From Alphaproteobacteria bacterium (GTDB lineage Bacteria; Pseudomonadota; Alphaproteobacteria; UBA6615): a stretch of 55,694 nucleotides of DNA. The translations under genes were made by a program, and so were the position numbers. The first letter of the stretch is position 1. Every line of letters starts with the position of its first letter. Shown here piece after piece: positions 37,174-47,836 of the stretch. The notes beneath the pieces were generated by a model. The model was not told where the DNA came from. It searched no databases and saw only the letters and a program-made list of their open reading frames with translations. The stretch lies in assembly GCA_965261975.1 (NCBI GenBank), contig CBDHEC010000040.1, forward strand, positions 1 through 55,694, in the 5' to 3' direction.

Positions 37174-38580
37174 CTAGACCGTCGCCAGATTGCCGCGTTG
37201 CGGCGTGGTGTCGAAGCGGTCGAAGAGGTCGCGCAGTTTAGCGATCTCGCCGACATTGAGACTGGTCTGGGCCTTCTTGCCGCCTTGCTTGCGCCCGCTG
37301 CCCAGAGGCGGTGTCCAGGCGTGTTCGAACCCCAGTTTCTCTGCCTCGCGCATGCGGGCGTCGGCCTGTCCGACCCCGCGCACTTCGCCGCCGAGCCCGA
37401 TTTCGCCAAAGACCACCGTGCGCGGCGGCAGGGGTTGTTCCAGATGGGCCGACACGAGCGCGGCCGCCACGGCCAGGTCGGCGGCCGGTTCACCCACTCG
37501 CAGGCCGCCAGCGACATTCAGATAGACGTCGTGAGAGCCCAGATTCATCCCGCAACGGGTTTGCAGGACCGCGATAATCATCGCCAGGCGGCTTGAATCC
37601 CAGCCAACCACGGCGCGGCGCGGTGTGCCCAGCGGGGTTGGTGCCACGAGGGCCTGAATTTCGACCAGCAGCGGACGGGTGCCCTCGATACCGGCAAATA
37701 CGGCGGATCCGCTGGTGGTATCGCTATGTCCGGCGATGAACAGCTCCGACGGGTTCTCGACTTCCGTCAGCCCAGCATCGGTCATTTCGAAGACGCCGAT
37801 CTCGTCCGTGGCGCCGAAGCGGTTCTTGACCGCCCGCAACAGGCGATACTGGTTGGCACGCTCGCCTTCGAAATACAGCACGGCATCGACCATATGCTCG
37901 AGCACCCGGGGGCCGGCGATCGCCCCTTCCTTGGTGACATGCCCGACCAGGATCATGGTCACGCCGCGCCGCTTGGCGACGCGGATCAGTTCTTGTGCGC
38001 AAGTGCGCACCTGCGCCACGGTGCCGGGCGCAGAATCGAGGTTATCCGCATACATGGTCTGGATGGAATCGATGATCGCAACGTCGGCACCACCGACGGT
38101 GTCGAGTGCTGCAAGGATATCGCGAACATTGGTGGCGGATGCCAGGTCGACCGGCGCATCTGCCAGTCCCAAGCGCGCCGCGCGTAGGCGAATTTGATCG
38201 ACGGCTTCCTCGCCCGAGATATAGGCGACCGAGACGCCGGACTTGGCAAGCATCGCGGCCGCCTGCAGCAGGAGCGTTGATTTACCGATTCCCGGGTCAC
38301 CGCCGACCAGAAGAGCGGAACCGGGAACCATGCCGCCACCGCAAACCCGGTCGAGTTCTGCCATGCCGGTCATGCGCCGTGTGCGCTCGTCGGGTGCGCC
38401 ATCCAAAGAGGTGAACGCGACGGCCTTGCCGCCGGCTTTCGAGACCCCCTTGGGGACGTTGGTTTCCCCGGATTCCTCGACGATCGAGTTCCATTCGCCA
38501 CAGCTGTCGCACTTGCCGCTCCACTTGCGGTGTACCGCGCCGCAGGATTGGCAGACGAAGTTGCTCGTGGCGCGCGCCAT
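37174..38580 (-). CDS. radA: DNA repair protein RadA/Sms
   Basis: C4 zinc finger, GDPGIGKSTLLLQ, KNRFG, Lon-like C-terminus. Confidence 0.98.
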   Translation of the reverse strand: MARATSNFVCQSCGAVHRKWSGKCDSCGEWNSIVEESGETNVPKGVSKAGGKAVAFTSLDGAPDERTRRMTGMAELDRVCGGGMVPGSALLVGGDPGIGKSTLLLQAAAMLAKSGVSVAYISGEEAVDQIRLRAARLGLADAPVDLASATNVRDILAALDTVGGADVAIIDSIQTMYADNLDSAPGTVAQVRTCAQELIRVAKRRGVTMILVGHVTKEGAIAGPRVLEHMVDAVLYFEGERANQYRLLRAVKNRFGATDEIGVFEMTDAGLTEVENPSELFIAGHSDTTSGSAVFAGIEGTRPLLVEIQALVAPTPLGTPRRAVVGWDSSRLAMIIAVLQTRCGMNLGSHDVYLNVAGGLRVGEPAADLAVAAALVSAHLEQPLPPRTVVFGEIGLGGEVRGVGQADARMREAEKLGFEHAWTPPLGSGRKQGGKKAQTSLNVGEIAKLRDLFDRFDTTPQRGNLATV

Positions 38581-38583
38581 CGC

Positions 38584-39366
38584 CTAGACCGCAACCTGAA
38601 GCTGGATGGGCCCGATGGAGCGTCCGTTGATGAACTGGTCGACCATGTCATTTCCAGAGCGATCGATCTCGGAGACCGGACCGTGCCACACGATACGACC
38701 TTCGTAGATCATGGCGACATTGTCGGCGATTCGCCGTGCGCTCGCCATGTCATGTGTAATCGTCAATGCCGTCGCGCCCAGCTCGCGGACCGTTTTCACA
38801 ATCAGGCTGTCGATGACGCTGCCCATGATCGGGTCGAGGCCGGTCGTCGGTTCGTCGAAGAACAGTATTTCAGGCCGTGTCGCGATGGCCCGCGCCAGGC
38901 CGGCGCGTTTCTGCATGCCGCCCGAAAGTTCGGCGGGCGACCGGTCGGCAATATCGGTGTCGAGACCGACCATGTTCATCGCTTCCAGCGCCGCCTCGCG
39001 CGCATCCCGGCGCCGGACACCCTGACCCTGGATTAACCCGAAGGCGACGTTCTCCCAGACGGGCAGGCTGTCGAACAGGGCCGCACCCTGGAACAGCATG
39101 CCGAATTTCCGGGTGACCCGCTCGCGTTCGCGCGGTGCCAGGCCGAGTGTTTCCTCGCCGTCAATCAGGATGGAACCCGAATCCGGTTCCAGCAGGCCGA
39201 TGATCGATTTGATAAGTACCGATTTACCCGTCCCCGATCCGCCGATCACGGCAAGCGAGCTGCCCGTGGGCAAATCCAGATCGACGCCGCGCAGGACCTC
39301 GTTCGTGCCGAATGCCTTGTGCAGGTCGCGGACCGCAATTTTCGACGCATCGCCGGGGGCCGTCAT
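38584..39366 (-). CDS. mlaF: MlaF-like ABC ATPase
   Basis: GGSGTGKS, LFQGAALFDSL, LSGGMQKR, DEPTTGLDP; true start (MTAPG) lies inside the longer listed ORF. Confidence 0.9.
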   Translation of the reverse strand: MTAPGDASKIAVRDLHKAFGTNEVLRGVDLDLPTGSSLAVIGGSGTGKSVLIKSIIGLLEPDSGSILIDGEETLGLAPRERERVTRKFGMLFQGAALFDSLPVWENVAFGLIQGQGVRRRDAREAALEAMNMVGLDTDIADRSPAELSGGMQKRAGLARAIATRPEILFFDEPTTGLDPIMGSVIDSLIVKTVRELGATALTITHDMASARRIADNVAMIYEGRIVWHGPVSEIDRSGNDMVDQFINGRSIGPIQLQVAV

Positions 39367-40133
39367 GAGGCAAAGAACATGGCGGTGATGATGAAGTTGA
39401 ACAGCAGGAGAAGGATCGAGGCCGAGACCACCGCATTGGTCGTCGCCTGCCCCACACCCTGCGCACCCCCCTTGGAGTGGTAGCCGTGATACGTCCCCAT
39501 CAGGGCAACGAGGAACCCGAAGACGGCGGCCTTCACCAGGCCCGAGAGAAAGCCCGTGCCGTCGAGACTGTCCCAGGTGCTCTTCAGATAGGTGGTCGGG
39601 TTGAACCCGAAATCGTAGATCGAGACCAGAAACCCGCCGAGAACACCGATTACGTCCGCGACCAGGACGAGCAGGGGAAGCATGGCGATGGCGGCGATCA
39701 GGCGCGGCGCGACGAGATATTTGTAGGGATTGGTCGACAGGGTGGTCAGGGCGTCTATTTGCTCGGTGACGCGCATGGTCCCGATTTCCGCTGCCATGGC
39801 CGCGCCGATGCGGCCGGCGACCATCAGGCCGGCGAGAACCGGACCCAGTTCGCGCGTGATACCCCAGACAACCACGTTGGCGATCGTGGCTTCGCCGGCA
39901 AAACCGAAGCCGCTGAAACTCTGCAGCGCGAGGACGGCACCGGTGAAAATCGCGGTCAGGCCGACGACGGGAAGCGAGTAGTAGCCAATCTCGATCATCT
40001 GCTGGACGATCAACCGCGGATAGAAGGGCGGGCGCACGCAGTGATACAGGCCGATCCCCGCGAAGGCGGCGATCTGACCGATCGTGGCGAATGTTGAAAT
40101 CGTGCCGCGGCCGATGGATGCCAGGAAACGCAT
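39363..40133 (-). CDS. mlaE: MlaE-like ABC permease
   Basis: RELGPVLAGLMVAGR..AAEIGTMRVTEQIDAL; GVGQATTNAVV. Confidence 0.93.
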   Translation of the reverse strand: MRFLASIGRGTISTFATIGQIAAFAGIGLYHCVRPPFYPRLIVQQMIEIGYYSLPVVGLTAIFTGAVLALQSFSGFGFAGEATIANVVVWGITRELGPVLAGLMVAGRIGAAMAAEIGTMRVTEQIDALTTLSTNPYKYLVAPRLIAAIAMLPLLVLVADVIGVLGGFLVSIYDFGFNPTTYLKSTWDSLDGTGFLSGLVKAAVFGFLVALMGTYHGYHSKGGAQGVGQATTNAVVSASILLLLFNFIITAMFFAS

Positions 40134-40135
40134 GA

Positions 40136-41293
40136 TCAGGTTGCTCCACCACGATATTCAACGTGTAAACGCGGCCCCAGCCTGGTGAGAACTTCGTAGG
40201 CGATGGTCCCGGCGGCGTCCGCAAGGTCGTCCGCGGTGATATTCGGCCCCAGCAATTCGACCATTTGCCCCGGACGGCAAAGCGTCGCGGGGATATCAGT
40301 GACATCGATGGTGATCAGATCCATGGAAATCCGTCCCGCGAGAGGGGCGGGTTGCCCGTCGATATAGGCGCACATGCGTTTGCCCTCCGTATGACCGGCC
40401 GTGTTTCCGGCGGCGCGGGGGTATCCGTCGGCATAGCCTGCCGCGAGGGTCGCAATCCGACGGGTTCCGACGACCTGATGGGCGGCACCGTATCCAACGG
40501 TCATGGGGGTGTCAACGTCACGCACTTGCAGAATTTTTGTATAAATATCAACAACATGTGACATAGGATTGGGGTCATTGATGTTCGGCCGAATCCCGTA
40601 GAGGGATGCGCCGGGCCGGACCAAATCGAAATGATACTCGGGGCCGAGAAAGGCGCCGGGCGAATTCGCCAGGCTGGACCGGAACGGGCCGATGATCGGT
40701 TTGAGGGTTTCGCAAATGGCCGCGAAGCGGTCGCGTTGGGCTGGGTTCATCGGGTGGTCCGGCGTGTCGGCGCAGGCGAGATGGCTCAGGACCGTCGAAA
40801 TCCGGATTCCGTCCAAAGGAGAAGGGTCTGCAACGAGGGCCGCGAACTCCTGGGGGTCCAGCCCCAATCGGTTCATGCCGGTGTCAATATGCAGCCACGC
40901 ATCCGCAATATCCGCCCCGGCCGCGTCGCAGGCCGCAGACCATGCATCGATCTGGGGCAGGCTGTTGAGTGTCGGGGTCAGGCGACCATCGATGAAGGTC
41001 GCGATACTTCCGGGCTCCGGCCCGTTGAGGACAATGATATCGGCCGTCGCGTTTGTTTTGCGCAGATTTGCGCCCTCGGCAGGCGTGGCGACGAAGAAGG
41101 TGTCGCAGCCGGCTTTTGCCAGCGTGCGGGTGACGGGGCCGATACCCAGTCCATAGGCATTCGCCTTCACTGCGGCGCCGACATCGGCGCCCGGGCAGGT
41201 GGCCTGAATCAGGCGGTAATTTTCGGTGAGTGCGTCCAGGTCCACGATGACGGTCGCACCGGCGTCCGCCGGGATGACGATTTCGTGCGCCAC
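40136..41293 (-). CDS. alr: Alanine racemase
   Basis: AVKANAYGLG (PLP lysine), DTGMNRLG, SHLACAD, GYADGYPR, GRISMD; start position estimated. Confidence 0.95.
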   Translation of the reverse strand: MAHEIVIPADAGATVIVDLDALTENYRLIQATCPGADVGAAVKANAYGLGIGPVTRTLAKAGCDTFFVATPAEGANLRKTNATADIIVLNGPEPGSIATFIDGRLTPTLNSLPQIDAWSAACDAAGADIADAWLHIDTGMNRLGLDPQEFAALVADPSPLDGIRISTVLSHLACADTPDHPMNPAQRDRFAAICETLKPIIGPFRSSLANSPGAFLGPEYHFDLVRPGASLYGIRPNINDPNPMSHVVDIYTKILQVRDVDTPMTVGYGAAHQVVGTRRIATLAAGYADGYPRAAGNTAGHTEGKRMCAYIDGQPAPLAGRISMDLITIDVTDIPATLCRPGQMVELLGPNITADDLADAAGTIAYEVLTRLGPRLHVEYRGGAT

Positions 41294-41300
41294 CAAGGCT

Positions 41301-42851
41301 CTAGTACCGGTCCTCGGGCAGATAGTCGTCCGGCGACAGATCCGCAAACTGCGTGTAATCGCCGTTGAACTGCAGAACCACCGTCCCGATGGGACCATGG
41401 CGCTGTTTGGCGACAATCACCTCCGCCTTGCCCCGGCATTTCTCCATCAGTTCCATGTAACGCTGCTCGCGTTCCAGGTAGGTTTCCTGTTTCTCGCTAT
41501 CGCGCGGGGTCGGTTTCTCGCGCTCGCGGTAATATTCCTCGCGATAGATGAAGGTGACCACATCGGCGTCCTGCTCGATCGATCCCGACTCACGCAGATC
41601 CGATAATTGTGGGCGCTTGTCCTCGCGCTGCTCGACGGCGCGGGAGAGCTGGCTCAACGCGATCACGGGTACGTTCAGTTCCTTCGCCAGCGCCTTCAGG
41701 CCGCGGGTGATCTGGGACACCTCCTGGACCCGGTTGTCGCCGCGGCTGTTGGCCGGCGGATTGATGAGCTGCAGATAGTCGATGATGATCAGGCTGAGCC
41801 CGTGCTGGCGCTTGAGGCGCCGCGCGCGGGTCCGGATCTGTGACATGGTCAGCGCCGGCGTGTCGTCGATGAACAGTTTCAGACCATGTAGTGCCTGGGA
41901 AACGGCAAAGACCCGGTTGTACTCTTCCTCGCGCACGTCGCCCCGGCGGATCGAGTCCGAGCGCACATGTGCCTGTTCCGAGATGATGCGCGTGGCGAGC
42001 TGTTCGGCCGACATTTCGAGAGAGAAGAAGGCGACGCTCTCGGTTTCTTCGATTTCCGTGCCGTCGGGCCCGTCCTTGCGCTGTTTCGTCGAAGCGGCGT
42101 GGTAGGCGACATTTGTCGCCAGCGCGGTTTTCCCCATGGACGGGCGGGCGGCGACGATCACCAGATCGGATTCATGCAACCCGCCGAGCAGCTTGTCGAG
42201 GTCGGTGAAGCCTGTCGGCACGCCGACCAGCTGGCCGTCGCGCTTGTAGGCCGCCGCCGCCATGTCGATGGCGCCGGTGACCGCGCTCTTGAAGTCCCGG
42301 AAGCCGGTCTCGGTGGAGCCTTCTTCTGCGAGCTGGAAAAGCATTTCCTCGGCGCGTTCGATCTGCTGCGGCGCCGGGGTTTCGAGCTCGTATTCATAGG
42401 CACCATTGACGACCTGGCCGCCGATATCGATCAGCTCGCGCCGCAGGAAGCAGTCATAGATCTCGCGGCCGAGATCCAGTGCGTTCTGGATGGTGATGAC
42501 CGAGTTCGCCAGTTCCGCGATATAGGCCTGGCCGCCAATCGCCTGCAAATCGGCGTCGTCCTTGAAATAATTCTTCAAGGTGACCGGGTCGGCGATCTGG
42601 CCGTGCTCGATCAGGTGGGCGCAGGCGCCGTAGACGCTGGCATGGGCAGGATCGGCGAAATGCTCGGGGAACAGGAACTCCTGGACCCGTTCAAACGCGC
42701 GGTTGTTGACCAGAATCGCGCCCAAAAGCGCCATCTCCGCCTCGAAATTGTGCGGCGGAGAGCGGAATCCAATACCGCCTTCGTCCCCGTGCAGGGGCGT
42801 GATGTTGGCGGCTTCATCGGCCATCGGGTCTGTCATGTCGCTCGTGGTCAT
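41301..42851 (-). CDS. dnaB: Replicative DNA helicase
   Basis: PHNFEAE, ARPSMGKTALA, IDYLQL, LSQLSR, DLRESGSIEQDAD, KQRHGP; start position estimated. Confidence 0.98.
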   Translation of the reverse strand: MTTSDMTDPMADEAANITPLHGDEGGIGFRSPPHNFEAEMALLGAILVNNRAFERVQEFLFPEHFADPAHASVYGACAHLIEHGQIADPVTLKNYFKDDADLQAIGGQAYIAELANSVITIQNALDLGREIYDCFLRRELIDIGGQVVNGAYEYELETPAPQQIERAEEMLFQLAEEGSTETGFRDFKSAVTGAIDMAAAAYKRDGQLVGVPTGFTDLDKLLGGLHESDLVIVAARPSMGKTALATNVAYHAASTKQRKDGPDGTEIEETESVAFFSLEMSAEQLATRIISEQAHVRSDSIRRGDVREEEYNRVFAVSQALHGLKLFIDDTPALTMSQIRTRARRLKRQHGLSLIIIDYLQLINPPANSRGDNRVQEVSQITRGLKALAKELNVPVIALSQLSRAVEQREDKRPQLSDLRESGSIEQDADVVTFIYREEYYREREKPTPRDSEKQETYLEREQRYMELMEKCRGKAEVIVAKQRHGPIGTVVLQFNGDYTQFADLSPDDYLPEDRY

Positions 42852-43053
42852 GGCGCTGCACCCTAATGATGCTGGCGTTTCCGCACTGGACTCATCGTCG
42901 GTGAGTTCGGTGGAACACGAGGATAAGCTGATTCGGGACGGCTGTATTTCCGCTTGCGACATCCGCAATTCTGAGGAACCGCTCCAGCCAGGTGGCTGTT
43001 CGGGTGATCCATGCGGACTATATTGGTCCCGACACAATCAATGGGGAACGAAG

Positions 43054-44037
43054 ATGCGTGCAGCTTGGTATGCCGAATTCGGCGCGGCGAAGGACATATT
43101 TCAGACCGGCGAACAGGAAACACCGAGCGCGGGCGATGGCGAGGTGCTCGTGCGGGTGCATGCCTCGGGCATCAACCCGCTGGACGTCAAGCGCCGCGCC
43201 GGGGAGCGGGGGCCGATGATCGGGGATCAGATGATCCCGCATTTCGACGGCGCCGGCGTCATCGAGGCGGTGGGAGCGGGTGTCGACCCGGCCCGGGTCG
43301 GCGAGCGGGTCTGGCTGTACGAGGGGCACTGGAAGCGCGGCAACGGCACGGCGGCCGAATACATCAACCTGCCGGCATCGCGCGCGAATATCCTGCCGGA
43401 AAGCCAGAGTTTCGCCGAGGGCGCCTGCCTTGGAATCCCCGCAATGACCGCCCATCCGCTGGTCTATACGGACGGGCCTGTGGAGGGCCAGACGATCCTG
43501 GTGACCGGCGCGGCCGGCGCGGTGGGGAACTACGCCGTCCAGATGGCGCGTAACGGCGGTGCGACTGTGATCGGAACGGTGAGCTCGGACGAGAAGGCGG
43601 CCCGCGCCCAGGAAGACGGAGCGACCCACACGATCAACTACAAGACCGAGGATGTCGCCGAACGCGTTATGGCGCTCACCGATGGCAAGGGTGTCGACCG
43701 GGTGGTCGAGGTCGAGCTGGGCGGCAATATCGAGACCACGATGAAGATCATCAAGACAGGTGGCACGATTGCGGCTTATGCATCCATGGCCCAGCCGGTC
43801 GTACCATTCTCCTTCTACGGCTTTCTGATGAAGTCGCCGACGGTGCGGATCATCGGCTGCTTTACCATGCCCGAAGCATTCAAAATGCAGAGTGTGGCGG
43901 ATATCTCGCGCTGGATGTCGGAGGGTAAATTGGTCAGCCGTGTCGCTGGCGAATTCCCGCTCGAGGAGATCGCGGCGGCGCATGAAATGGTCGAAGAGGG
44001 CCGCCAGGTCGGCGGCGTGGTCGTAACGATCGCCTAG
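43054..44037 (+). CDS. NADPH:quinone reductase (zeta-crystallin-like)
   Basis: ASGINPLDVK, DGAGVIEAVG, TGAAGAVG. Confidence 0.9.
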   Translation: MRAAWYAEFGAAKDIFQTGEQETPSAGDGEVLVRVHASGINPLDVKRRAGERGPMIGDQMIPHFDGAGVIEAVGAGVDPARVGERVWLYEGHWKRGNGTAAEYINLPASRANILPESQSFAEGACLGIPAMTAHPLVYTDGPVEGQTILVTGAAGAVGNYAVQMARNGGATVIGTVSSDEKAARAQEDGATHTINYKTEDVAERVMALTDGKGVDRVVEVELGGNIETTMKIIKTGGTIAAYASMAQPVVPFSFYGFLMKSPTVRIIGCFTMPEAFKMQSVADISRWMSEGKLVSRVAGEFPLEEIAAAHEMVEEGRQVGGVVVTIA

Positions 44038-44045
44038 GCTGGAAT

Positions 44046-44498
44046 TCAGGCGTTCTTGACGGCCTGGATCGTTGTCTCAAGGGCCTGCAGGAAATTCGAC
44101 CTGTCCTGCTTGGCGAAGGCGCGGGGGCCGCGGGTGGTCTCCCCGGCGGACCTTAAGTCCGTCATCAGATCCCGTGTGGCCAGCGCCATGCCGATCGAGG
44201 CCTTGTCGAGGGCCTTGCCGTTGGGGCGCAGCGCGCGGGCGTCTTTCTTGATGCAGCGATCGGCCAGCGGGATGTCCTGGGTGATGACGATATCGCCGGT
44301 ACCGATCCGTTCGGCGATCCAGTCATCCGCCACATCCGCGCCGTCGGCCACGACCGTCTGGGTGACGAGCGGATGCCCATGGAACCCGAACATGCCGCTG
44401 TTGGAGACCAGGTGGACGCGTAGCTGGTGGCGTTCGGCGACCCGAACGATCTCATCCTTCACCGGGCAGGCGTCGGCATCGACGTAGATTTCGAGCAT
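44046..44498 (-). CDS. YaiI/YqxD family protein
   Basis: IYVDADACPVK, ADDWI, VITQDIPLA. Confidence 0.92.
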   Translation of the reverse strand: MLEIYVDADACPVKDEIVRVAERHQLRVHLVSNSGMFGFHGHPLVTQTVVADGADVADDWIAERIGTGDIVITQDIPLADRCIKKDARALRPNGKALDKASIGMALATRDLMTDLRSAGETTRGPRAFAKQDRSNFLQALETTIQAVKNA

Positions 44499-44519
44499 GG
44501 GCGAGAGGGGCGCGGGCAG

Positions 44520-45761
44520 CTATTCCGCCGCCTCGGTGTCCTTGTACTTGTCGCTACTTTGGGCCCGGTCCCAGTCGGTGATGTAGTCCCGAGTGAGGGG
44601 CACCGCGTCCTGCTTCTTCGCGATCTGGATCTGGAAGACCATCTGGCCCATGCGCCGGAAGGCGATCTCGCAGCCGATCAGATAGAACTCCCACATCCGG
44701 CAAAAACGCTCGTCATAGAGTTCCAGCGCCTTTTCGCGTTCTTCCATGAAGCGGTCGTACCAGTGGTGCAGGGTATCGGCGTAGTGCAGGCGCAGAATCT
44801 CGATGTCCGTGACCCACAGGCCGGCTTTCTCGATCGCCGCGAGGGTTTCGGACAGGGCGGGCGTGTAGCCGCCTGGGAAAATATACTTGCGCAGCCACGG
44901 GTTGGTGGTGCCCGGCGGCTCCATCCGGCCGATCGAATGAAGCAGGAAGACACCGTCGTCGGAGAGCAACTGCTTGGCCTTGCGGAAATACTCGGCGAAA
45001 TGTCCGGCACCGACATGCTCGAACATGCCGACCGAGACGATCCGGTCATAGGTTTCCGGTTCGTCACGATAATCCTGAAGCTTGAAGCGGACCTGGTCGG
45101 CGAGGCCGGCATCGGCGGCGCGTTGCTGGCTGACCTTGTGCTGCTCCTTGGACAGGGTCACGCCCGTGACATCGGCCCCCGTGGCCTGGGCCAGATAAAG
45201 TGCCATGCCGCCCCAGCCCGACCCGATGTCGAGGACCTTCATGCCCGGTTTGTCGAGCAGCAGCTTGGCGGCGATGTGGCGTTTCTTGTCGTGCTGGGCG
45301 CGCTCGAGGTCGTTATGTGACCCGTCGAAGTAGGCGCAGGAATACTGCCGGTCGGAATCCAGAAACAGGTCGTAGAGATCGTCCGACAGGTCGTAATGAT
45401 GGGCGACGTTCTTCTGTGCCTTACCAACCGGATTGTATTGCTGGATGCGGCGAAAAAGGCGGCTCAGGGTCGCCGTGAAATCGGAAAACCAGTGGTCTTC
45501 GAAGGTCTCGATGTTGCGGCCGATGATGTCGATCAGGTCGTAGAGCGTGCCCTCTTCGATCGTCAGCGTGCCGTCCATATAGGCTTCGCCGGCCGCGAGG
45601 CGCGGGTTCATCAGCAGCCGTCGCTCGGTCGCACGATCCTGCAGGCGAATGGTCACGCGGGGAGCCGCACCGTTGCCGAAACGGTGTGTCTTTCCCCCCG
45701 CATCAATCAGGCCGAAATCGCCTTCTTTGATAATCCCGTCGAGAAACCGTGCCAGAAGCAT
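44520..45761 (-). CDS. cfa: Cyclopropane-fatty-acyl-phospholipid synthase family methyltransferase
   Basis: NVAHHYDLS, QYSCAYF, LDIGSGWGG, SVGMFEHVG, YIFPGGY. Confidence 0.9.
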   Translation of the reverse strand: MLLARFLDGIIKEGDFGLIDAGGKTHRFGNGAAPRVTIRLQDRATERRLLMNPRLAAGEAYMDGTLTIEEGTLYDLIDIIGRNIETFEDHWFSDFTATLSRLFRRIQQYNPVGKAQKNVAHHYDLSDDLYDLFLDSDRQYSCAYFDGSHNDLERAQHDKKRHIAAKLLLDKPGMKVLDIGSGWGGMALYLAQATGADVTGVTLSKEQHKVSQQRAADAGLADQVRFKLQDYRDEPETYDRIVSVGMFEHVGAGHFAEYFRKAKQLLSDDGVFLLHSIGRMEPPGTTNPWLRKYIFPGGYTPALSETLAAIEKAGLWVTDIEILRLHYADTLHHWYDRFMEEREKALELYDERFCRMWEFYLIGCEIAFRRMGQMVFQIQIAKKQDAVPLTRDYITDWDRAQSSDKYKDTEAAE

Positions 45762-45844
45762 CGTATCCCCCGTTTTACAAAAAATTTACGACGCAGCGAA
45801 AATCTAGCAAAACAGGAAGCGAGGGGCAAAACACGGATTTGAGC

Positions 45845-46558
45845 TTAGGACGTGACCTCTTCGCTCTCGCTGTCCGCATCCGATTCCGCGGCATTTTCAT
45901 CGTCGGAGGAACCCTCGCTCTCCGAGGCTTCGCCCGCGACGCGCTCGGCGACCTCTTCCTCAACCATTCCTTCGATGGCCTCGGCTTCGGCTGCCTTGTC
46001 GTCGGCGACAGCAAGGGCTTCATCGGCCAATGCCACGGCATTCTCGGCCGCCTCGGCGTCTTCCGCGATCTGGGTGATGGACTGGCCATGCTCCCGCTGG
46101 GTTGCGGCTTCGTCCTCGGTGCGGGCGATGTTGACCGTCAGTTCAACGGAAACTTCCGGGTGCAGGGAAATACGGATCGGGTGAAGACCCAGCTCCTTGA
46201 TGGCCCGGTCGAGCAGGACCTGGCCACGCCCGACCGTGACACCGTTTTCCGTGACCACATCGGAGATGTCGCGTGCACTGACGGAGCCGTAGAGCTGGCC
46301 GCTGTCGCCGGCCTGGCGGATCAACGTCACATCGAGGACCTCGATCTTTTCGGCCACCGCCTCGGCTTCCTGGCGCCGCTTGAGGTTATCGGCCTCGAGC
46401 TGGGTGCGCTGGGCTTCGAACTGCTGCCGATTTCCATCGGTGGCGCGCAGCGCCTTTTTCTGCGGCAGCAGAAAATTTCGGGCATAGCCGGACTTCACGG
46501 TGACGATGTCACCCATCTGGCCGAGTTTTTCGATACGTTCGAGAAGAATTACATCCAT
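45845..46558 (-). CDS. rplI: 50S ribosomal protein L9 with acidic tail
   Basis: MDVILLERIEKLGQMGDIVTVKSGYARNFLLP, GQLYGSV. Confidence 0.97.
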   Translation of the reverse strand: MDVILLERIEKLGQMGDIVTVKSGYARNFLLPQKKALRATDGNRQQFEAQRTQLEADNLKRRQEAEAVAEKIEVLDVTLIRQAGDSGQLYGSVSARDISDVVTENGVTVGRGQVLLDRAIKELGLHPIRISLHPEVSVELTVNIARTEDEAATQREHGQSITQIAEDAEAAENAVALADEALAVADDKAAEAEAIEGMVEEEVAERVAGEASESEGSSDDENAAESDADSESEEVTS

Positions 46559-46559
46559 G

Positions 46560-47528
46560 TCATACCTCCTGGCCGGATCGCACCAGTCCGGTGCGCCGGC
46601 GAAGACCAAGTATCTGGTCCGCCACACCGATCAGCGCAACAGGCACGCTCAACGGCGGGAAGACGATTAGAAAGCCGTAAAATACGGCAAGGATTACGAT
46701 GCTGATTGGCGTGCGGCGTGCGATCGCATGGAACGTGCCGACACCGACGAGGAACATCGGAACAAAAATGGCAATCGCCGCGTTCTGACCGAGATAGGCG
46801 TAGTTGCCGTCTCCCAGCCAAGCGATCAACAATGCGACTATGAAAGCAACCGGCACCCAAAGCGGGGTCCGGAGGTCTTCCATATGCGGCGTCGGCCGCC
46901 CCAGTGCGCCGCGATTGTGGAGCAGGGCGATCGCACCCGCGGTGGAAACCGCGAGCAACAACATCCACACTGCCAAAACCGCGCCCGGGAAAACCGGTGC
47001 CAGCGTGCTGACCATGGATCGGATCCGGAACAGGCCGAACTCGGGGAAAATCCCCGTGAGCGCCGGTTCCAGAAATGTCCGGGTCAAAACCACCAGGTCC
47101 GTGTCGCCCTTGATCACCATCAGACCGAAGACGATCATCACAGCAATCGCCACCGCGAGAAGCCAGGCCATGACCGTCAGCGGCGGCTGCCACTCGATGT
47201 AGCCCAGTGACGAGGTGCGCGAACGCCCCAGCATATGCACGGCGAACACGATCGGTGCCGCAAACAATATCGCGAACAGGAATGACGGCTCCGGTCCCAG
47301 CGCGAGCGCCAGGACAATCCCCGTGATGACCACAAGCCCGGTGAGGCCTGCGCCCGCTGCCGCGATCACACCAATGCCCAGCCCCGCAGCCATCAACGGG
47401 ATGCCTGTCAGGGTCAGGGGCGCAGCCGCGCCGATGCCGAACGCGAACGGAACCGCAAACAGCAGCGCCGCCAGCGCACAGGCGCTGAGCGTTAAGGCAT
47501 AGGGACGGACAGTGTTGATCATTGCCAT
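46560..47528 (-). CDS. DUF2232/YybS-like membrane protein
   Basis: Multi-TM protein in the usual slot between rpsR and rplI. Confidence 0.75.
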   Translation of the reverse strand: MAMINTVRPYALTLSACALAALLFAVPFAFGIGAAAPLTLTGIPLMAAGLGIGVIAAAGAGLTGLVVITGIVLALALGPEPSFLFAILFAAPIVFAVHMLGRSRTSSLGYIEWQPPLTVMAWLLAVAIAVMIVFGLMVIKGDTDLVVLTRTFLEPALTGIFPEFGLFRIRSMVSTLAPVFPGAVLAVWMLLLAVSTAGAIALLHNRGALGRPTPHMEDLRTPLWVPVAFIVALLIAWLGDGNYAYLGQNAAIAIFVPMFLVGVGTFHAIARRTPISIVILAVFYGFLIVFPPLSVPVALIGVADQILGLRRRTGLVRSGQEV

Positions 47529-47569
47529 GTTCCGAACGGATGCCCGATTGGCATCCGGTCTTTCAGTCG

Positions 47570-47836
47570 TCAGTCGACGACGTAAGGCATCAACGCCAGG
47601 AACCGAGCGCGCTTGATGGCACGCGACAGTTCACGCTGCTTCTTTGCCGAGACGGCGGTAATCCGGCTCGGCACGATCTTGCCGCGTTCGGAAATGTACC
47701 GGGACAGCAACTTGGTGTCCTTGTAGTCGATCCGCGGTGCGTTCGCACCCGAGAACGGGCATGTCTTGCGACGACGGAAGAAGGGGCGTCGGCCTCCGCC
47801 GCCGCCACCACCGCCGGTACGGGGTCCCATAGCCAT
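47570..47836 (-). CDS. rpsR: 30S ribosomal protein S18
   Basis: [40 protein letters not shown]. Confidence 0.98.
   Translation of the reverse strand: MAMGPRTGGGGGGGGRRPFFRRRKTCPFSGANAPRIDYKDTKLLSRYISERGKIVPSRITAVSAKKQRELSRAIKRARFLALMPYVVD

Noticed and set aside
41301-43037. Intein or extra domain in DnaB (578-aa listed ORF)
   Set aside because: The extra length comes from an upstream in-frame extension; the motifs are contiguous and no intein signatures are visible.
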